Shown: positions 9,838 through 20,800 of the stretch, piece after piece
How the letters are laid out: each line of letters starts with the position of its first letter
How positions within the stretch are numbered: the stretch's first letter is position 1
Source: Candidatus Poribacteria bacterium
GTDB taxonomy: Bacteria > Poribacteria > WGA-4E > UBA9662
NCBI GenBank assembly: GCA_036339735.1
Contig: JAYZAL010000038.1
Coordinates: forward strand, 92,076-156,075
Length of the DNA: 64,000 bases
Direction of reading: 5' to 3'
Made by a program: the position numbers and the translations under genes
Notes under the pieces: generated by a model
The model's database searches: none
Seen by the model: the letters and a program-made list of their open reading frames with translations, nothing else
What the model was told of the DNA's origin: nothing

Positions 9838-10863
9838 ATGGGAAGACCTGTTACTCTTTTTACTGGACAGTGGGCAGATCTCGATTTTGACACGATATGT
9901 CAGAAAGCTAAGAGCTTCGGTTATGATGGTATTGAGTTAGCTTGTTGGGGAGACCATTTTGAAGTCAATCGAGCCTTGTCAGAAGATGGTTATGTACAGA
10001 GTCGATGGGACACACTCGACAAACATGGTTTGACAGCATATTCCATCTCTAACCACCTAGTTGGTCAGGCTATCTGTGACAACATCGATGAGCGACACAA
10101 AGAGATTTTACCAGATTATGTTTGGGGAGATGGAGAGCCTGAAGGCGTTCGTCAACGGGCAGCGCAGGAAATGATCGATACTGCAAAAGCTTGCCGCTTG
10201 TTCATAGATGCCCGTCCTGGTGGTGAGGAATTCCCGGCCGTTGTCAATGGATTCACTGGTTCCAGTATATGGCACTCAATTTATGCTTTCCCGCCAACGA
10301 CCCAAGAATATTGGGACGAAGGATTCGCGGACTTCGGTCGACGATTTATCCCGATTTTAGATGCGTTTGATGCCGTTAATGTAAATTTTGGCCTAGAGGT
10401 TCATCCGACTGAAATTGCTTTTGATATTGCTTCCTCTCAGCGCGCTATTGATGCCGTTGATGGCCACAAAAGATTTGGGTTTAACTATGACCCCTCTCAC
10501 TTGGGTTATCAAGGGGTTGATTACGTGAAATTCATCCGAAATTTTGCTGATCGTATTTACCATGTTCACATGAAAGATGTTTGGTGGGGACATGGCGATG
10601 GGACTGTTGGTGTCTTTGGAGGACATACCAGCTTCGGTGAAGCATCTCGGTATTGGGATTTTCGTTCCCTTGGACACGGTGATATCCAGTTCGAGGATAT
10701 TATAGTTGCTTTAAACGACATCGGTTACAGTGGACCACTCTCTATCGAATGGGAAGACAGTCGCATGGACCGTGAACACGGCGCCGCAGAGGCTTGCGCT
10801 TTTACGAAAAAAGTTGACTTTCCAACTTCGGATATTGCCTTCGACGCTGCTTTCGAAGAATAA
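9838..10863 (+). CDS. Sugar phosphate isomerase/epimerase (IolE-like TIM barrel)
   Basis: [33 protein letters not shown]. Confidence 0.9.
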   Translation: MGRPVTLFTGQWADLDFDTICQKAKSFGYDGIELACWGDHFEVNRALSEDGYVQSRWDTLDKHGLTAYSISNHLVGQAICDNIDERHKEILPDYVWGDGEPEGVRQRAAQEMIDTAKACRLFIDARPGGEEFPAVVNGFTGSSIWHSIYAFPPTTQEYWDEGFADFGRRFIPILDAFDAVNVNFGLEVHPTEIAFDIASSQRAIDAVDGHKRFGFNYDPSHLGYQGVDYVKFIRNFADRIYHVHMKDVWWGHGDGTVGVFGGHTSFGEASRYWDFRSLGHGDIQFEDIIVALNDIGYSGPLSIEWEDSRMDREHGAAEACAFTKKVDFPTSDIAFDAAFEE

Positions 10864-10883
10864 TCTAATTTTAATTGCTTAAT

Positions 10884-10925
10884 GAAGAGTTGGACAATTA
10901 TCTTATTGTCCAACTCTTCTCTTTT
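10884..10925. terminator. Intrinsic, probably bidirectional terminator
   Basis: GAAGAGTTGGACAAT-tatctt-ATTGTCCAACTCTTC, a 15-bp perfect stem followed by a T-rich tract, between convergent genes. Confidence 0.8.
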
Positions 10926-10927
10926 AG

Positions 10928-11125
10928 TTATTCACCTTTCAACCTCGTCAATTCATCTTCTAGTTCACTGACTCGGACTTTTAGTTTTTGTATGTCGTTA
11001 GTCAACTGATGGATTTGGAAGTTTGGCCCTTTAATGGCCGTTGCGATTCGCCTAGCGTTCAGCTGATATGTAGCAAAAATAGCAATCGATAGTAAGAAAA
11101 CAGCAGCTAATAGAAAAAATTCCAC
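10928..11125 (-). CDS. Small single-TM, coiled-coil protein
   Basis: GGAGG RBS, N-terminal hydrophobic helix, C-terminal heptads. Confidence 0.65.
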   Translation of the reverse strand: MEFFLLAAVFLLSIAIFATYQLNARRIATAIKGPNFQIHQLTNDIQKLKVRVSELEDELTRLKGE

Positions 11126-11173
11126 AGTTCTATTCCTCCCCAGTCCTCTCTGCGTTTAATTTGTTAATTTATC

Positions 11174-13531
11174 TTATTGAATTTGGTATTTGTTTCCAGC
11201 TTCAGCCGAAAATGAAACAGTACAATCGTCGACGACTTGACAGTTGATGATTTCACCGGATCTGTCTTTGACGGTCAAGTGACGATCTGCTCGGATTTGG
11301 CAAATTTTAGCCTTTTGAGCCTTAATGAAGGCGTACTCTATAGACCGGTTCGCCCAAGAAAAATCAACCGTAAACCCTCCTCTCGCACGTAAACCGGCAA
11401 TTCTACCTGTTGGCCAATCCACAGGTAGAGCGGGCAAGAAATGAATAGCATCATTGTGGCTTTGAAGTAACATCTCAGCTAAACCGGCTGTGCCACCGAA
11501 ATTACCGTCAATTTGGAAGGGAGGATGAGTATCTAATAAATTGGGTAAAGTACAGCGTGTTAATAGGTCGAGGAGATTCTGATAAGCCAATTGACCATCT
11601 TCTAATCGAGCAAAAAAATTAACGAGCCAAGCCCGACTCCAACCAGTGTGCCCACCACCGTGTGATAGTCGGTAATTTAGCGATTTACGGGCGGCTTCTG
11701 CTAGTTCAGGTGTGTTTCTCAGAGTTATTTGGCAACCTGGATGTAGCCCATACAAGTGAGACATATGTCGATGACCTGGTTCAGGTTCATCATAATCCTC
11801 TATCCATTCCTGAAGTCGGCCAGTTTCGGGGCTAATCTGTAAAGGTGCTAATTTAGATAATGCATCACTCACGTCAGATTGAAATTCTATCTCAAAACTA
11901 GCATCGTCTTGCTGAATCTCGGAAATAGCTGATAGGCAATTGGTAAATAGATCATGAGCAATCTGCAAATCCATTGTAGCACCATAGGTAAACTGAGAAA
12001 TGGTACCATCCTTTTTTCGAAATTGGTTCTCTGGAGAGTGCGAAGGATTAGTAACGAGTTTCCCTGCAACGGCAGTATGATCAGGTGCGGGAACTAAAAA
12101 ATCAAGCATAAACTCAGTTCCACCCTTAATTAATGGGTAAGCTACTTCTCTCAGAAACTGACGATCTTGACCAAAGATATATTGTTCCCAAGGATGCTGA
12201 CAAAGCCATGCCCCACCTACTGGCCAGATCCCCCAAATACCATCAGCAGGCACAGTGAACCCCCAGATATCAGATAAATGATGTACGGTCCAACCCTTTG
12301 CCCCATAGTGAATTTTTGCTGTTCTCTGACCTTCGTATACTAGGTTTTGCATGTAGTCGAATAGCGGTCGATGGCATTCGGCCAGATTACAGACTTCGGC
12401 TGGCCAGTAGTTCATTTGTAAATTAATATTGGTATGAAAATCGCTGTTCCATGGAGCTTTCAGGTGGTTGTTCCAGATTCCCTGTAGATTAGCAGGCAAA
12501 CTACCAGGCCTAGAACTACCCATCAACAAATACCGACCAAACTGAAAATAAAGAGCGAATAATTGAGGATCATCACCACCATTTTGTAAGATTCTGAGCC
12601 GTTCATCAGTCGGCAAACCCGGGTCTTTCCCTAGTTCAATTTCAACTCGACGAAATAGATTCCGATGATCGGCTAAGTGACGTTGACGTAGTCGATTTTC
12701 GTCACTACTTGTTAGTTTAGATAGTATTTGTTTGCAAATTTCCGAAGGGTCAGCAGATGTGTCATCCTGATTGATGTAACTAGTCGCAGCAGACACAACT
12801 ATCGTACACTCAGTAGCTGATTGTATTATCATCCGGCCATCTTTATTAGTACTTATTTCTCCGTTGGTGTTCAGTACGTGCAAATGACTTGAAAATCGTA
12901 GTCCCTTAGACCCAATTTGACCAACTAACCCAACCGTTGTATCGTCAATTTCAGTGGCCCGGGCGTCTTGTTCTCTACTGAGCCAAACCTGAAAATTAAC
13001 CGTAGTATCATTCAAAATATGGATTACTATCACTTGGTCTACTGCCGAAATATATACGTCTCTCTGACAGCCAATATTTCCAAATTGGTAGCGGCTAGTG
13101 GCTATACCGGTGTCGAGATCAAGTTCTCGCCTATAATCAATTGTTTCAGCATCTAAATTGGTAAGCTCACTAAATTTTAGGTTAAGGTCACAAAAAGTTT
13201 GGTAAGAATCGATACGACATGGATTACCCAACATTGTTTCAGCTGCCAGCTTTGCCGCTTGTTCGTTTTGGTCATCAAATAATAATTGCCTTACCTTTGG
13301 TAATGCCTCCAGTGCTTTCGGGTTGTGTCGATCAAACTTACGTCCATCCCAAAGAGTTTCTTCGTTTATCTGAATTTGTTCCTGATCAATTCCACCAAAA
13401 ACCATTGCTCCCAGTTTACCATTGCCGATCGGTAACGCTTCAACCCAGTTTTTAGCTGGTTGCCGATACCAAAGTTTGAGTTCACTTTTATCCATCACTT
13501 TCCGACTCCATTCAGATGTATGATTAGTCAA
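11174..13531 (-). CDS. Glycoside hydrolase family 95 (alpha-L-fucosidase-like)
   Basis: EALPIGNG, FQFGRYL, NLQGIW, NINLQMNYW, HRHMSHL, FQIDGNFG. Probable start is ATG 13495; no signal peptide. Confidence 0.93.
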   Translation of the reverse strand: MTNHTSEWSRKVMDKSELKLWYRQPAKNWVEALPIGNGKLGAMVFGGIDQEQIQINEETLWDGRKFDRHNPKALEALPKVRQLLFDDQNEQAAKLAAETMLGNPCRIDSYQTFCDLNLKFSELTNLDAETIDYRRELDLDTGIATSRYQFGNIGCQRDVYISAVDQVIVIHILNDTTVNFQVWLSREQDARATEIDDTTVGLVGQIGSKGLRFSSHLHVLNTNGEISTNKDGRMIIQSATECTIVVSAATSYINQDDTSADPSEICKQILSKLTSSDENRLRQRHLADHRNLFRRVEIELGKDPGLPTDERLRILQNGGDDPQLFALYFQFGRYLLMGSSRPGSLPANLQGIWNNHLKAPWNSDFHTNINLQMNYWPAEVCNLAECHRPLFDYMQNLVYEGQRTAKIHYGAKGWTVHHLSDIWGFTVPADGIWGIWPVGGAWLCQHPWEQYIFGQDRQFLREVAYPLIKGGTEFMLDFLVPAPDHTAVAGKLVTNPSHSPENQFRKKDGTISQFTYGATMDLQIAHDLFTNCLSAISEIQQDDASFEIEFQSDVSDALSKLAPLQISPETGRLQEWIEDYDEPEPGHRHMSHLYGLHPGCQITLRNTPELAEAARKSLNYRLSHGGGHTGWSRAWLVNFFARLEDGQLAYQNLLDLLTRCTLPNLLDTHPPFQIDGNFGGTAGLAEMLLQSHNDAIHFLPALPVDWPTGRIAGLRARGGFTVDFSWANRSIEYAFIKAQKAKICQIRADRHLTVKDRSGEIINCQVVDDCTVSFSAEAGNKYQIQ

Positions 13532-13665
13532 ATCCTTAGAGCAGTCTAATTATCATCTACAAAGTTGAATTACGCAAGAATTACGGGTTGCGAGATCCTT
13601 TTCCAGTTGCTAAAATGCCGGAGTGTTGAGCCTTCGATTCAATTTTGTTCATTCAGGTTTTAGAT

Positions 13666-14238
13666 GTGGGTGGTTTTAAACAACATTACATTAGTGGTGT
13701 GGTGGTTTACACCACTTTCTTTATTATTTCAATGGCTGTTTCCGTTATGGGCTGGCTACTGTTTGAGTTGCCAATGAACTGGAACCCAACGATTCCCACG
13801 GCCATACTACCTGCATTGTTTTGCTTCACAATCTCTTTTTTGTGTAGTTTGTGGCCGGATGTAGATATCAAAAGTAAGAGCCAGCAAATTTTTTATACGC
13901 TATTTGTCACAATTAATCTGATTTTGATTTTCAAAGGATTGTATCGGATCTCTGCTTTTTTGGGACTGTTTGCCATGCTACCAATGCTTAGTAAACATCG
14001 TGGCTGGACACATTCTCGCCTAACCATGATCATTTTCCCAACCCTGTTTGTTATTATTCCACTTTACTTTGAGTCAGGAGTTAGCAATATGATTGATTTC
14101 TGGCAGCAACTCAAGAATTTAGATTGGCTGACTGAAGCTAAAAGAGGTCTACCAGCTTATTTAGCAGGTGTCATTGGCTATGCGACTCATCTCCAAGTTG
14201 ATGGTATTCTTCATCGGTTGCCGCAAAATCGTGCTTGA
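13666..14238 (+). CDS. Membrane-bound metal-dependent hydrolase (YdjM-like)
   Basis: N-terminal H, PDVD, HRGWTHS and HLQVD motifs with TM helices. Confidence 0.75.
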   Translation: MGGFKQHYISGVVVYTTFFIISMAVSVMGWLLFELPMNWNPTIPTAILPALFCFTISFLCSLWPDVDIKSKSQQIFYTLFVTINLILIFKGLYRISAFLGLFAMLPMLSKHRGWTHSRLTMIIFPTLFVIIPLYFESGVSNMIDFWQQLKNLDWLTEAKRGLPAYLAGVIGYATHLQVDGILHRLPQNRA

Positions 14239-15484
14239 TTTATCCCCGATCGCTCTCAATATCCAACTACTGCATCAGTTTACGAAATCTCAGAAAGAAA
14301 AATTGTATTTAGTTGGTGGATCAGTCCGTGATCTAATACTCAACCGATCAATAACAGACCTTGATTTTGTAGTGGATAGGAATGCCATTGGCTTAGCAAA
14401 AAAATTTGCTGGATCAATCAATGGAACTTTTATTCAGTTAGAAACAAACCCGCCTACAGCTCGGATTATTCACAAGCAATCACAATTAGCAACTATATAC
14501 GATTTAGCTCAGTTTCGTGGTCCTGATTTAGCCACAGATCTAAGTAGGCGAGATTTGACAATCAATGCTATGGCTTATGATTTAGACAGACAAATTATAA
14601 TTGACCCGTTCGGTGGACAACAAGATTTGAGGGACCAAGTAGTACGTTTCATTAATAGGCAATCAGTTATTGATGATCCGCTCCGGATGCTACGCTTATT
14701 CCGCCTATCAGCACAACTTGGTTTTCGAATTCCGACTGATTCAATCGGCTTAGTCACGAGTCTATCGAACCATATAAAGAGATCGGCCATAGAGCGAATA
14801 CGGGATGAGTTTTTGAAAATGTTAGAAACACAGTCATCTGCACCGATTCTTGATCAAATGCAGGCTACTGGTTTATTAGAACATTTTTTACCAGTCAATT
14901 GCTACAAAGCAATCTCGAAGCGTATTCATGCTTTCGAAGTGAAGCCTATTCCATCTTCACTTGCTAATTATCTAAATCAGATTGATCCGTCAAATAACTA
15001 CTTTAGTAGAAAAGTCATCGGTAGTTTCAGTCGATCTACACTGACCAAATTGAGCTTGATCGCACCATTAGAACAGCTGAAGCCATTGTATCTAGGCCGG
15101 AAAGTTGAAAAAATATTGACAGAATGGTTTTCGCGTGACCAGTTTTTTCCCAAGTTAGGCGAAGAACCGACAGTTTTTTTACGCCAGATCAAAGATGAGT
15201 GGTTGGGTGTAGTTGCCCGACGCTTCGCATCTATGACAGGCAAAGTTACCACTCACTTTGATCCCATTGTACTTTCAATTGCTGCATGCTACTATGGAAA
15301 GATGAGGCTTATATGGCAAAATGGACCTTTAATGACGGGCAAGCAGCTGATAGAAAATTTTGGGATCCAAGAAGGACCAAAAATTGGGGAAATTTTGGCC
15401 TACTTGGAAAACCTTCAATTTTCTGGTTCGATAGAAAGTCCTCAGCAAGCATATGAAGCCGTAACCAAATACTTAGACCATTAG
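14231..15484 (+). CDS. cca: tRNA nucleotidyltransferase (CCA/poly(A) polymerase family), probably CC-adding
   Basis: VGGSVRD, DLDF, RRDLTINAMA, DDPLRMLR, ERIRDE. The start probably overlaps the upstream stop. Confidence 0.85.
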   Translation: MLDLSPIALNIQLLHQFTKSQKEKLYLVGGSVRDLILNRSITDLDFVVDRNAIGLAKKFAGSINGTFIQLETNPPTARIIHKQSQLATIYDLAQFRGPDLATDLSRRDLTINAMAYDLDRQIIIDPFGGQQDLRDQVVRFINRQSVIDDPLRMLRLFRLSAQLGFRIPTDSIGLVTSLSNHIKRSAIERIRDEFLKMLETQSSAPILDQMQATGLLEHFLPVNCYKAISKRIHAFEVKPIPSSLANYLNQIDPSNNYFSRKVIGSFSRSTLTKLSLIAPLEQLKPLYLGRKVEKILTEWFSRDQFFPKLGEEPTVFLRQIKDEWLGVVARRFASMTGKVTTHFDPIVLSIAACYYGKMRLIWQNGPLMTGKQLIENFGIQEGPKIGEILAYLENLQFSGSIESPQQAYEAVTKYLDH

Positions 15485-15561
15485 CCAAAACTGTCAGCTA
15501 AACACATGTTGATATTATTTTTTGTCCCGTTTATTTCGAAAAATTGTTTAGGAGTAAAGTA

Positions 15562-16305
15562 ATGACTGAATTTGAACTCCATCTCAGAAGTCAGATTCAA
15601 CCCTTCAAAGGTAGCAATGAATGGCACACTATTAGCCTAGAGTATTCAGTTCCTATACAGCAAACGGCACTGTTATTGTGCGATATTTGGGATAAACATT
15701 GGTGCCGGAGCGCAACCTATCGTTGCGGGAAAATTGCGCGACAGGCTAACCTAGTAGCAGAGTCAGCTCGACAAAAAGGAGCACAAATTATTCACGCACC
15801 GTCTGATACGATGGAATTTTATGAAGATTTTGAGCAACGTCAGATGATGCAGAATTTGGCTCATTCAGAAATGCCTACACCACTTGATTTGCCGGATCCA
15901 CCCCAACCTATTGATGCTTCAGACGGTGGGTGCGATGATGATCCACAATGCGAAGCCGGCGGACCTTGGACTCAGCAAGATCCCATTATTGAAATTGGAA
16001 AAAGTGATGGAATTTCGGACAATGGTCAAGAGGTTTATAATCTTTTGCGGTTAAAAGGCATTAGCACTTTACTAATTATGGGCGTTCATACCAACATGTG
16101 CATTTTGGGTCGGTCATTTTCCATTAAAGCTATGACTCGAATTGGTATCAACTGTATTTTGGTTCGTGATTTAACAGACGCTATGTACAATCCGAAAAAG
16201 GCACCATTTGTTAGCCATCAAAAGGGTACTGAGTTAGTAATCGAATATATTGAAAAGTATTGGTGCCCAACTATTCTCAGTCGAGACTTGCTGTTAATGG
16301 AATGA
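15562..16305 (+). CDS. Isochorismatase/cysteine hydrolase family protein
   Basis: LLLCDIWD, IIHAPS, GVHTNMC, RDLTD; AGGAG RBS. Confidence 0.8.
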   Translation: MTEFELHLRSQIQPFKGSNEWHTISLEYSVPIQQTALLLCDIWDKHWCRSATYRCGKIARQANLVAESARQKGAQIIHAPSDTMEFYEDFEQRQMMQNLAHSEMPTPLDLPDPPQPIDASDGGCDDDPQCEAGGPWTQQDPIIEIGKSDGISDNGQEVYNLLRLKGISTLLIMGVHTNMCILGRSFSIKAMTRIGINCILVRDLTDAMYNPKKAPFVSHQKGTELVIEYIEKYWCPTILSRDLLLME

Positions 16306-16309
16306 GTAG

Positions 16310-17395
16310 TTAGTTTTTATTGTTTATCTCTAAGCTTAATTCTTCTTCTAAGGTCCGTATTTCAGCTAGTGTATCAGTTCGAGGGTCCAGACTATAGGCC
16401 ACTTTAAAAGCTTCGAGGGCTGAATCTGGTTCTTCGAGGAAAGAACGGTAAATTTGGCCCATAGAAAGCCATGCGTCAATCTCTTCTGGATCTAAGCTAA
16501 CGATTTGCTGGTAAACCAGCAAGGCTTGATCGTAAAGTCTCATGTCTCCTTGACCACGTTCTAAAGCGGAGGCTTGCCCATACAAACGCGAAATCAGTTC
16601 TTGTTTAGCTTCCACGAAATTTGGACTTAGATCAACAGCTTCAACTAATAGTTGGAGAGCTGAATCAGTCATTTGATTTAGATTTTGGATTTGCCTATCC
16701 GTCAGAGTCTGATCAGAGTACTGTAGTTTCTGGCTTTTTCGGGAATAGGTACGGGCCAGCTGTAGTCGAGATAACAGGCCATAAGCAATAGGAGTGTTTG
16801 CTGATGACTTTAGGTCTACATCGCTATTGATGGCTTGTTGGTAATGATTGATTGCCAAGTCGAACTGATTGGCACCTTGATAAAGAATACCCAACTGATA
16901 ATGAGCTTCTGGATTATTATTAGATTGCTGTAAGACTTTTAGAAATGCCTCTACAGCCAATGCTCTTTCGCCCTGATCGATGTATAATTTACCTTTTAGC
17001 AAATGAATTATAATATTATCAGGAGCAATATTACTCGCCTTTTCTAGGTGTTGAAACGAGTCTTCCACCCAACCACTTTGAAAATAGATATCAGAAATCC
17101 GAACATGAGCATGTAGTAGCCAGCCTCTGGATTCTTTGGATTGGTTTTCCATAGCTTGTACACCTTGCCAGTATTTAAGCAAAGCTAGACTCATATTTTG
17201 ATTATTGAATGCATCATCAGCTTGAGCGACCAACTCGTTTGGTGGCAACAGCACTGATCTTTTGTCATTACTACTCTTCATGTACCATATAGATAGGCCT
17301 AGGAAGGCCAAAAATATACAGGTTTCGCATGTAATCTGAACTAGGAGTACTGGTGATAGATCGATTAGTTTGTTAGAACTCAACTGGTCAGTCAT
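16310..17395 (-). CDS. Membrane-anchored TPR-repeat protein
   Basis: N-terminal TM segment and several TPR motifs (e.g. PEAHYQLGILY...A...Y...A). Confidence 0.8.
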   Translation of the reverse strand: MTDQLSSNKLIDLSPVLLVQITCETCIFLAFLGLSIWYMKSSNDKRSVLLPPNELVAQADDAFNNQNMSLALLKYWQGVQAMENQSKESRGWLLHAHVRISDIYFQSGWVEDSFQHLEKASNIAPDNIIIHLLKGKLYIDQGERALAVEAFLKVLQQSNNNPEAHYQLGILYQGANQFDLAINHYQQAINSDVDLKSSANTPIAYGLLSRLQLARTYSRKSQKLQYSDQTLTDRQIQNLNQMTDSALQLLVEAVDLSPNFVEAKQELISRLYGQASALERGQGDMRLYDQALLVYQQIVSLDPEEIDAWLSMGQIYRSFLEEPDSALEAFKVAYSLDPRTDTLAEIRTLEEELSLEINNKN

Positions 17396-17420
17396 CGTTT
17401 ATTTTTCCTCGGTTGAGGAT

Positions 17421-17804
17421 TTATACTAGTTCATCTTTGATAGGAGAAAAATAGGCTAAGCCGATAGTTAAGCCAGTAGTGATTAATAGCAAGTCTAAAA
17501 TAGCTTCGACAAGAGCGATATTGATATACGGATTTCCTTGACCTGAAGTCCAGGTTACTGCCAGCAGAGCTGCCAGTAAGTAGACGTGCTTCGCCCATCT
17601 TTGCAACATGAATAACCCTACGTATCCTATAATACTTGAGACTACAACAACAATCATTGAAATGATATCGCGTTGGTTTATATCCAAAAGAACTTCTTCA
17701 TACTCTTTGTCTAAATTTTCCGATAAAGCAAAGACTGCAAAAGCTAAAACAATCAGCGCCCAATGAGCGGCGATTATCAAGCGAAAGATTTGTTTAAGTT
17801 CCAC
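17421..17804 (-). CDS. Hypothetical four-TM membrane protein
   Basis: AGGAG RBS, four hydrophobic segments. Confidence 0.65.
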   Translation of the reverse strand: MELKQIFRLIIAAHWALIVLAFAVFALSENLDKEYEEVLLDINQRDIISMIVVVVSSIIGYVGLFMLQRWAKHVYLLAALLAVTWTSGQGNPYINIALVEAILDLLLITTGLTIGLAYFSPIKDELV

Positions 17805-17866
17805 AATATAAATCTCCTAAAACAGTTTGATTGGGAAATTTCACCAAAAGCTAGATTTTTTATGAT

Positions 17867-20800
17867 TTATGAACAGCTGGATTGTGCATCACAGTAAGAA
17901 GCCATCTCACAAGTTTGACAAATTTTCTCTGGTCGTTTAGCCATGTCGAAATCTCTAGCTTCAATTTTTTTCACTATTTGATTGAATGGTTCCATATTCA
18001 AGTCTTTATCTCGTCTTTGTAGTGTGAGTATGGGATGATCGTTACGTGAAGTCAAATACAGGCTTACTCTTAACACTGATCGTTTTTTATGGTCTTGATT
18101 TTCGACTAAATAAGCGTAAATATCTAATTGGTGTCGGTATTGCTCTAGTTTATCCGTATCTAGTTCAAGTTCTTCTTGTCGGCCTGTTCGAAAGTCAATA
18201 ATCTCTAGCCCATTTTTATAACGCTTAACTAAGTCTACTTTTCCATTGAGAATATATTTCCCTTCCGAACGAGACACATTTAATTCAGACCACTCAATCA
18301 ACGACCAGCTTTCTTTTTCTCTCTCTACGTAACGAAACACATCTTGCCAAGCCTGATCCAAACTGCGTTCTTGTAGATCAAGTCCTTTTTGATATTGCAG
18401 AACAGTGTAATTGTATTCTAATCGATCCCTTAGCCAATCTTCATCAATCGCTGGAATCCGACTGTTTTTTTGTTGCTCTAGGACCTTTTGATGGATATCT
18501 TGGATTGTATGGTGAACCAATGTGCCAAATAGCCACGGTTCTTTTTCGTAACGAACGAAATTCAATTCTTGAAAAAAATGATACTGACGAGGGCAACTAG
18601 AAAATAAGTTGAAGTGTTCCGAGAAGGTATAGGGTTGTATCACGTCCGATTTTTTCACTGATTTTAGTCGCCGTTTAGGTGCCGGGAGCGTCTGCTTAAT
18701 GCCACTTGGAACTTGAGATAATAATTTTTCAAGTTCCAAATGTGGTTTTTTTTCCCAGGTCATGACCAGCATGTCTTGAGCTCGAGAAAAAGCAGTGTAA
18801 AACAATCTCCAAGCGTCGAAATCGGAAACTTTCCATTCAGGTTCCTTGCCAGATTTTGAAATTTGTTTAATAAATGATTCTAAGCGAGATATTTTAGCCG
18901 AATGGCCTAAAGTGTCTAACGATGTCAATACTACAACTGGAAATTCTAGACCTTTGGCTTGATGAATAGTCATAAAAGTAACACAACCACTCGGACAGAC
19001 AACCAATTCATCTTCATACTCCGACACATCGTTGTACAAAAAGGTCATAAATTTATTGAAAAAATTCTGAACTTGCGTGGCCAAATTGTCACGATTGAAA
19101 GAAACTACTCGGTGATGGCGTTGAAATGATTCCAGAATTTCCGACATTTTTGCCAAATTATGAGCTGAACGTCTTTCTAGTTCAGTATCAGTTTTTTTAA
19201 CATATTGTGCAAACAAATCGAACTGTAGTAACCCATAAAATGACTTAACCAATGTTTGATCGGTATCTTTTTCTAAATTTTGAAAAAAATCGGCTTGCTT
19301 TTTACACCACTGGGCCAAGCCATGGTTCTCAGTCTTATCTAACTCTTTTTGAAAAAGAGGTCGACATTGATGATCGTAGTACTCCCAAATTGCGAGCTTC
19401 GCCGTTTGATTCCATCGTCTCAGTTGCTCAAAGTCAGCAAAGAGAGAGATTAGTCCACCAATTATTAATTGAATCTCCCGCCGTTGAAAGAACATCCTGG
19501 CCCGTGGGGAGTAGACACCAATGCCCTCAGTTTCTAGAGCCTTCTGAAGCCTTTGTACTTCTGGATCTCTAACTGAACGAGATAGAAAAACTACTTGATT
19601 CCAATCATTAATGTAACCTTTTGATTTCAACTGTTTTAGGAAATGTGGGATATTTAATTGACTATTAGGAACTTGGAATACGGATGGTTGTTTTCGGTCA
19701 AAGTTGTGCTCACTAGATGGAACAATCTCTTTCTCGTGCCGGAAAGTTTGTCCGTTTTCGTTCCAAGCCCCCTTTTTCATCCATTCGTTATAAAATTCGA
19801 TGATACTAGGATGTGAGCGAAAATTAGTTTCTAAACGGATTTTCTTGCAGACCCCTGGTTTAAAGCGATTGGAAAAATCTAAGATATTTTCAACTCTAGC
19901 TGAACGGAATCGGTACAAGCTTTGGTCATCATCACCCACTACGCATATATTCTGATTTTTTCCAGCTATATCGAATAGTAAACGTTCTTGGATAATACTG
20001 GTGTCTTGGTATTCATCGACCATAATATACTGAACTTGGCTTTGCAATTCTTCTAAAACAGTTGGATGTAGGCGAAATAGCCGTAGGGTTTCTGCTTGCA
20101 CACTACTAAAATCGACCACCTTGGATTCAACCAAATGCTGACGGTATAGTTGGTAACAATCAGCTAGACCATGCAGTTCCTGTTTCGATGTGTTTTTCAA
20201 TGAATCTAGATCTATCATCTCTTCATTGATCCGATTCATCCAATACTTTATATCGGATGCGTAGTTCCAACGCCGAGCTTCTGGAGGTAACGGGTGGCTT
20301 GAACGAGATTGACTATCTATCCGGCTATCAGTCTTGGCCCATATGTGTTGAGTGTGTGCAATTCTCTGATATTGGTCAAGACGTTCATATATGAAATACT
20401 GTTGATCAAAATCGTCTAATTGTACCACTTGCTTGGCAAATTCAGTTCGGTTGATATACTTACGAAGAATTGATAAACAAATGGAATGAAAGGTCCCTAT
20501 ATACATGTCATCTAAGCGAAAGGCTATCTTAGCATTAGCTAATTGAGTAGAAATCCGTGAGATTAACTCACGGGCAGCTTTATTAGTAAACGTAACAACT
20601 AACAAGTTTTCAGGCGCTAACTCTTTCTCACGAACTAAGTGTACGACTCTTTCAACTAGGGTAAAGGTTTTTCCTGAGCCAGGTCCAGCGATGACTAACA
20701 GAGGGCCTTCGGTATTAGTGATAGCGTCTCTTTGAGCGGATGTCGGAGTTCGAGAAGCAGGAGTTGGAGAAGAATTTACCACATGACGATGTGGTGTAGC

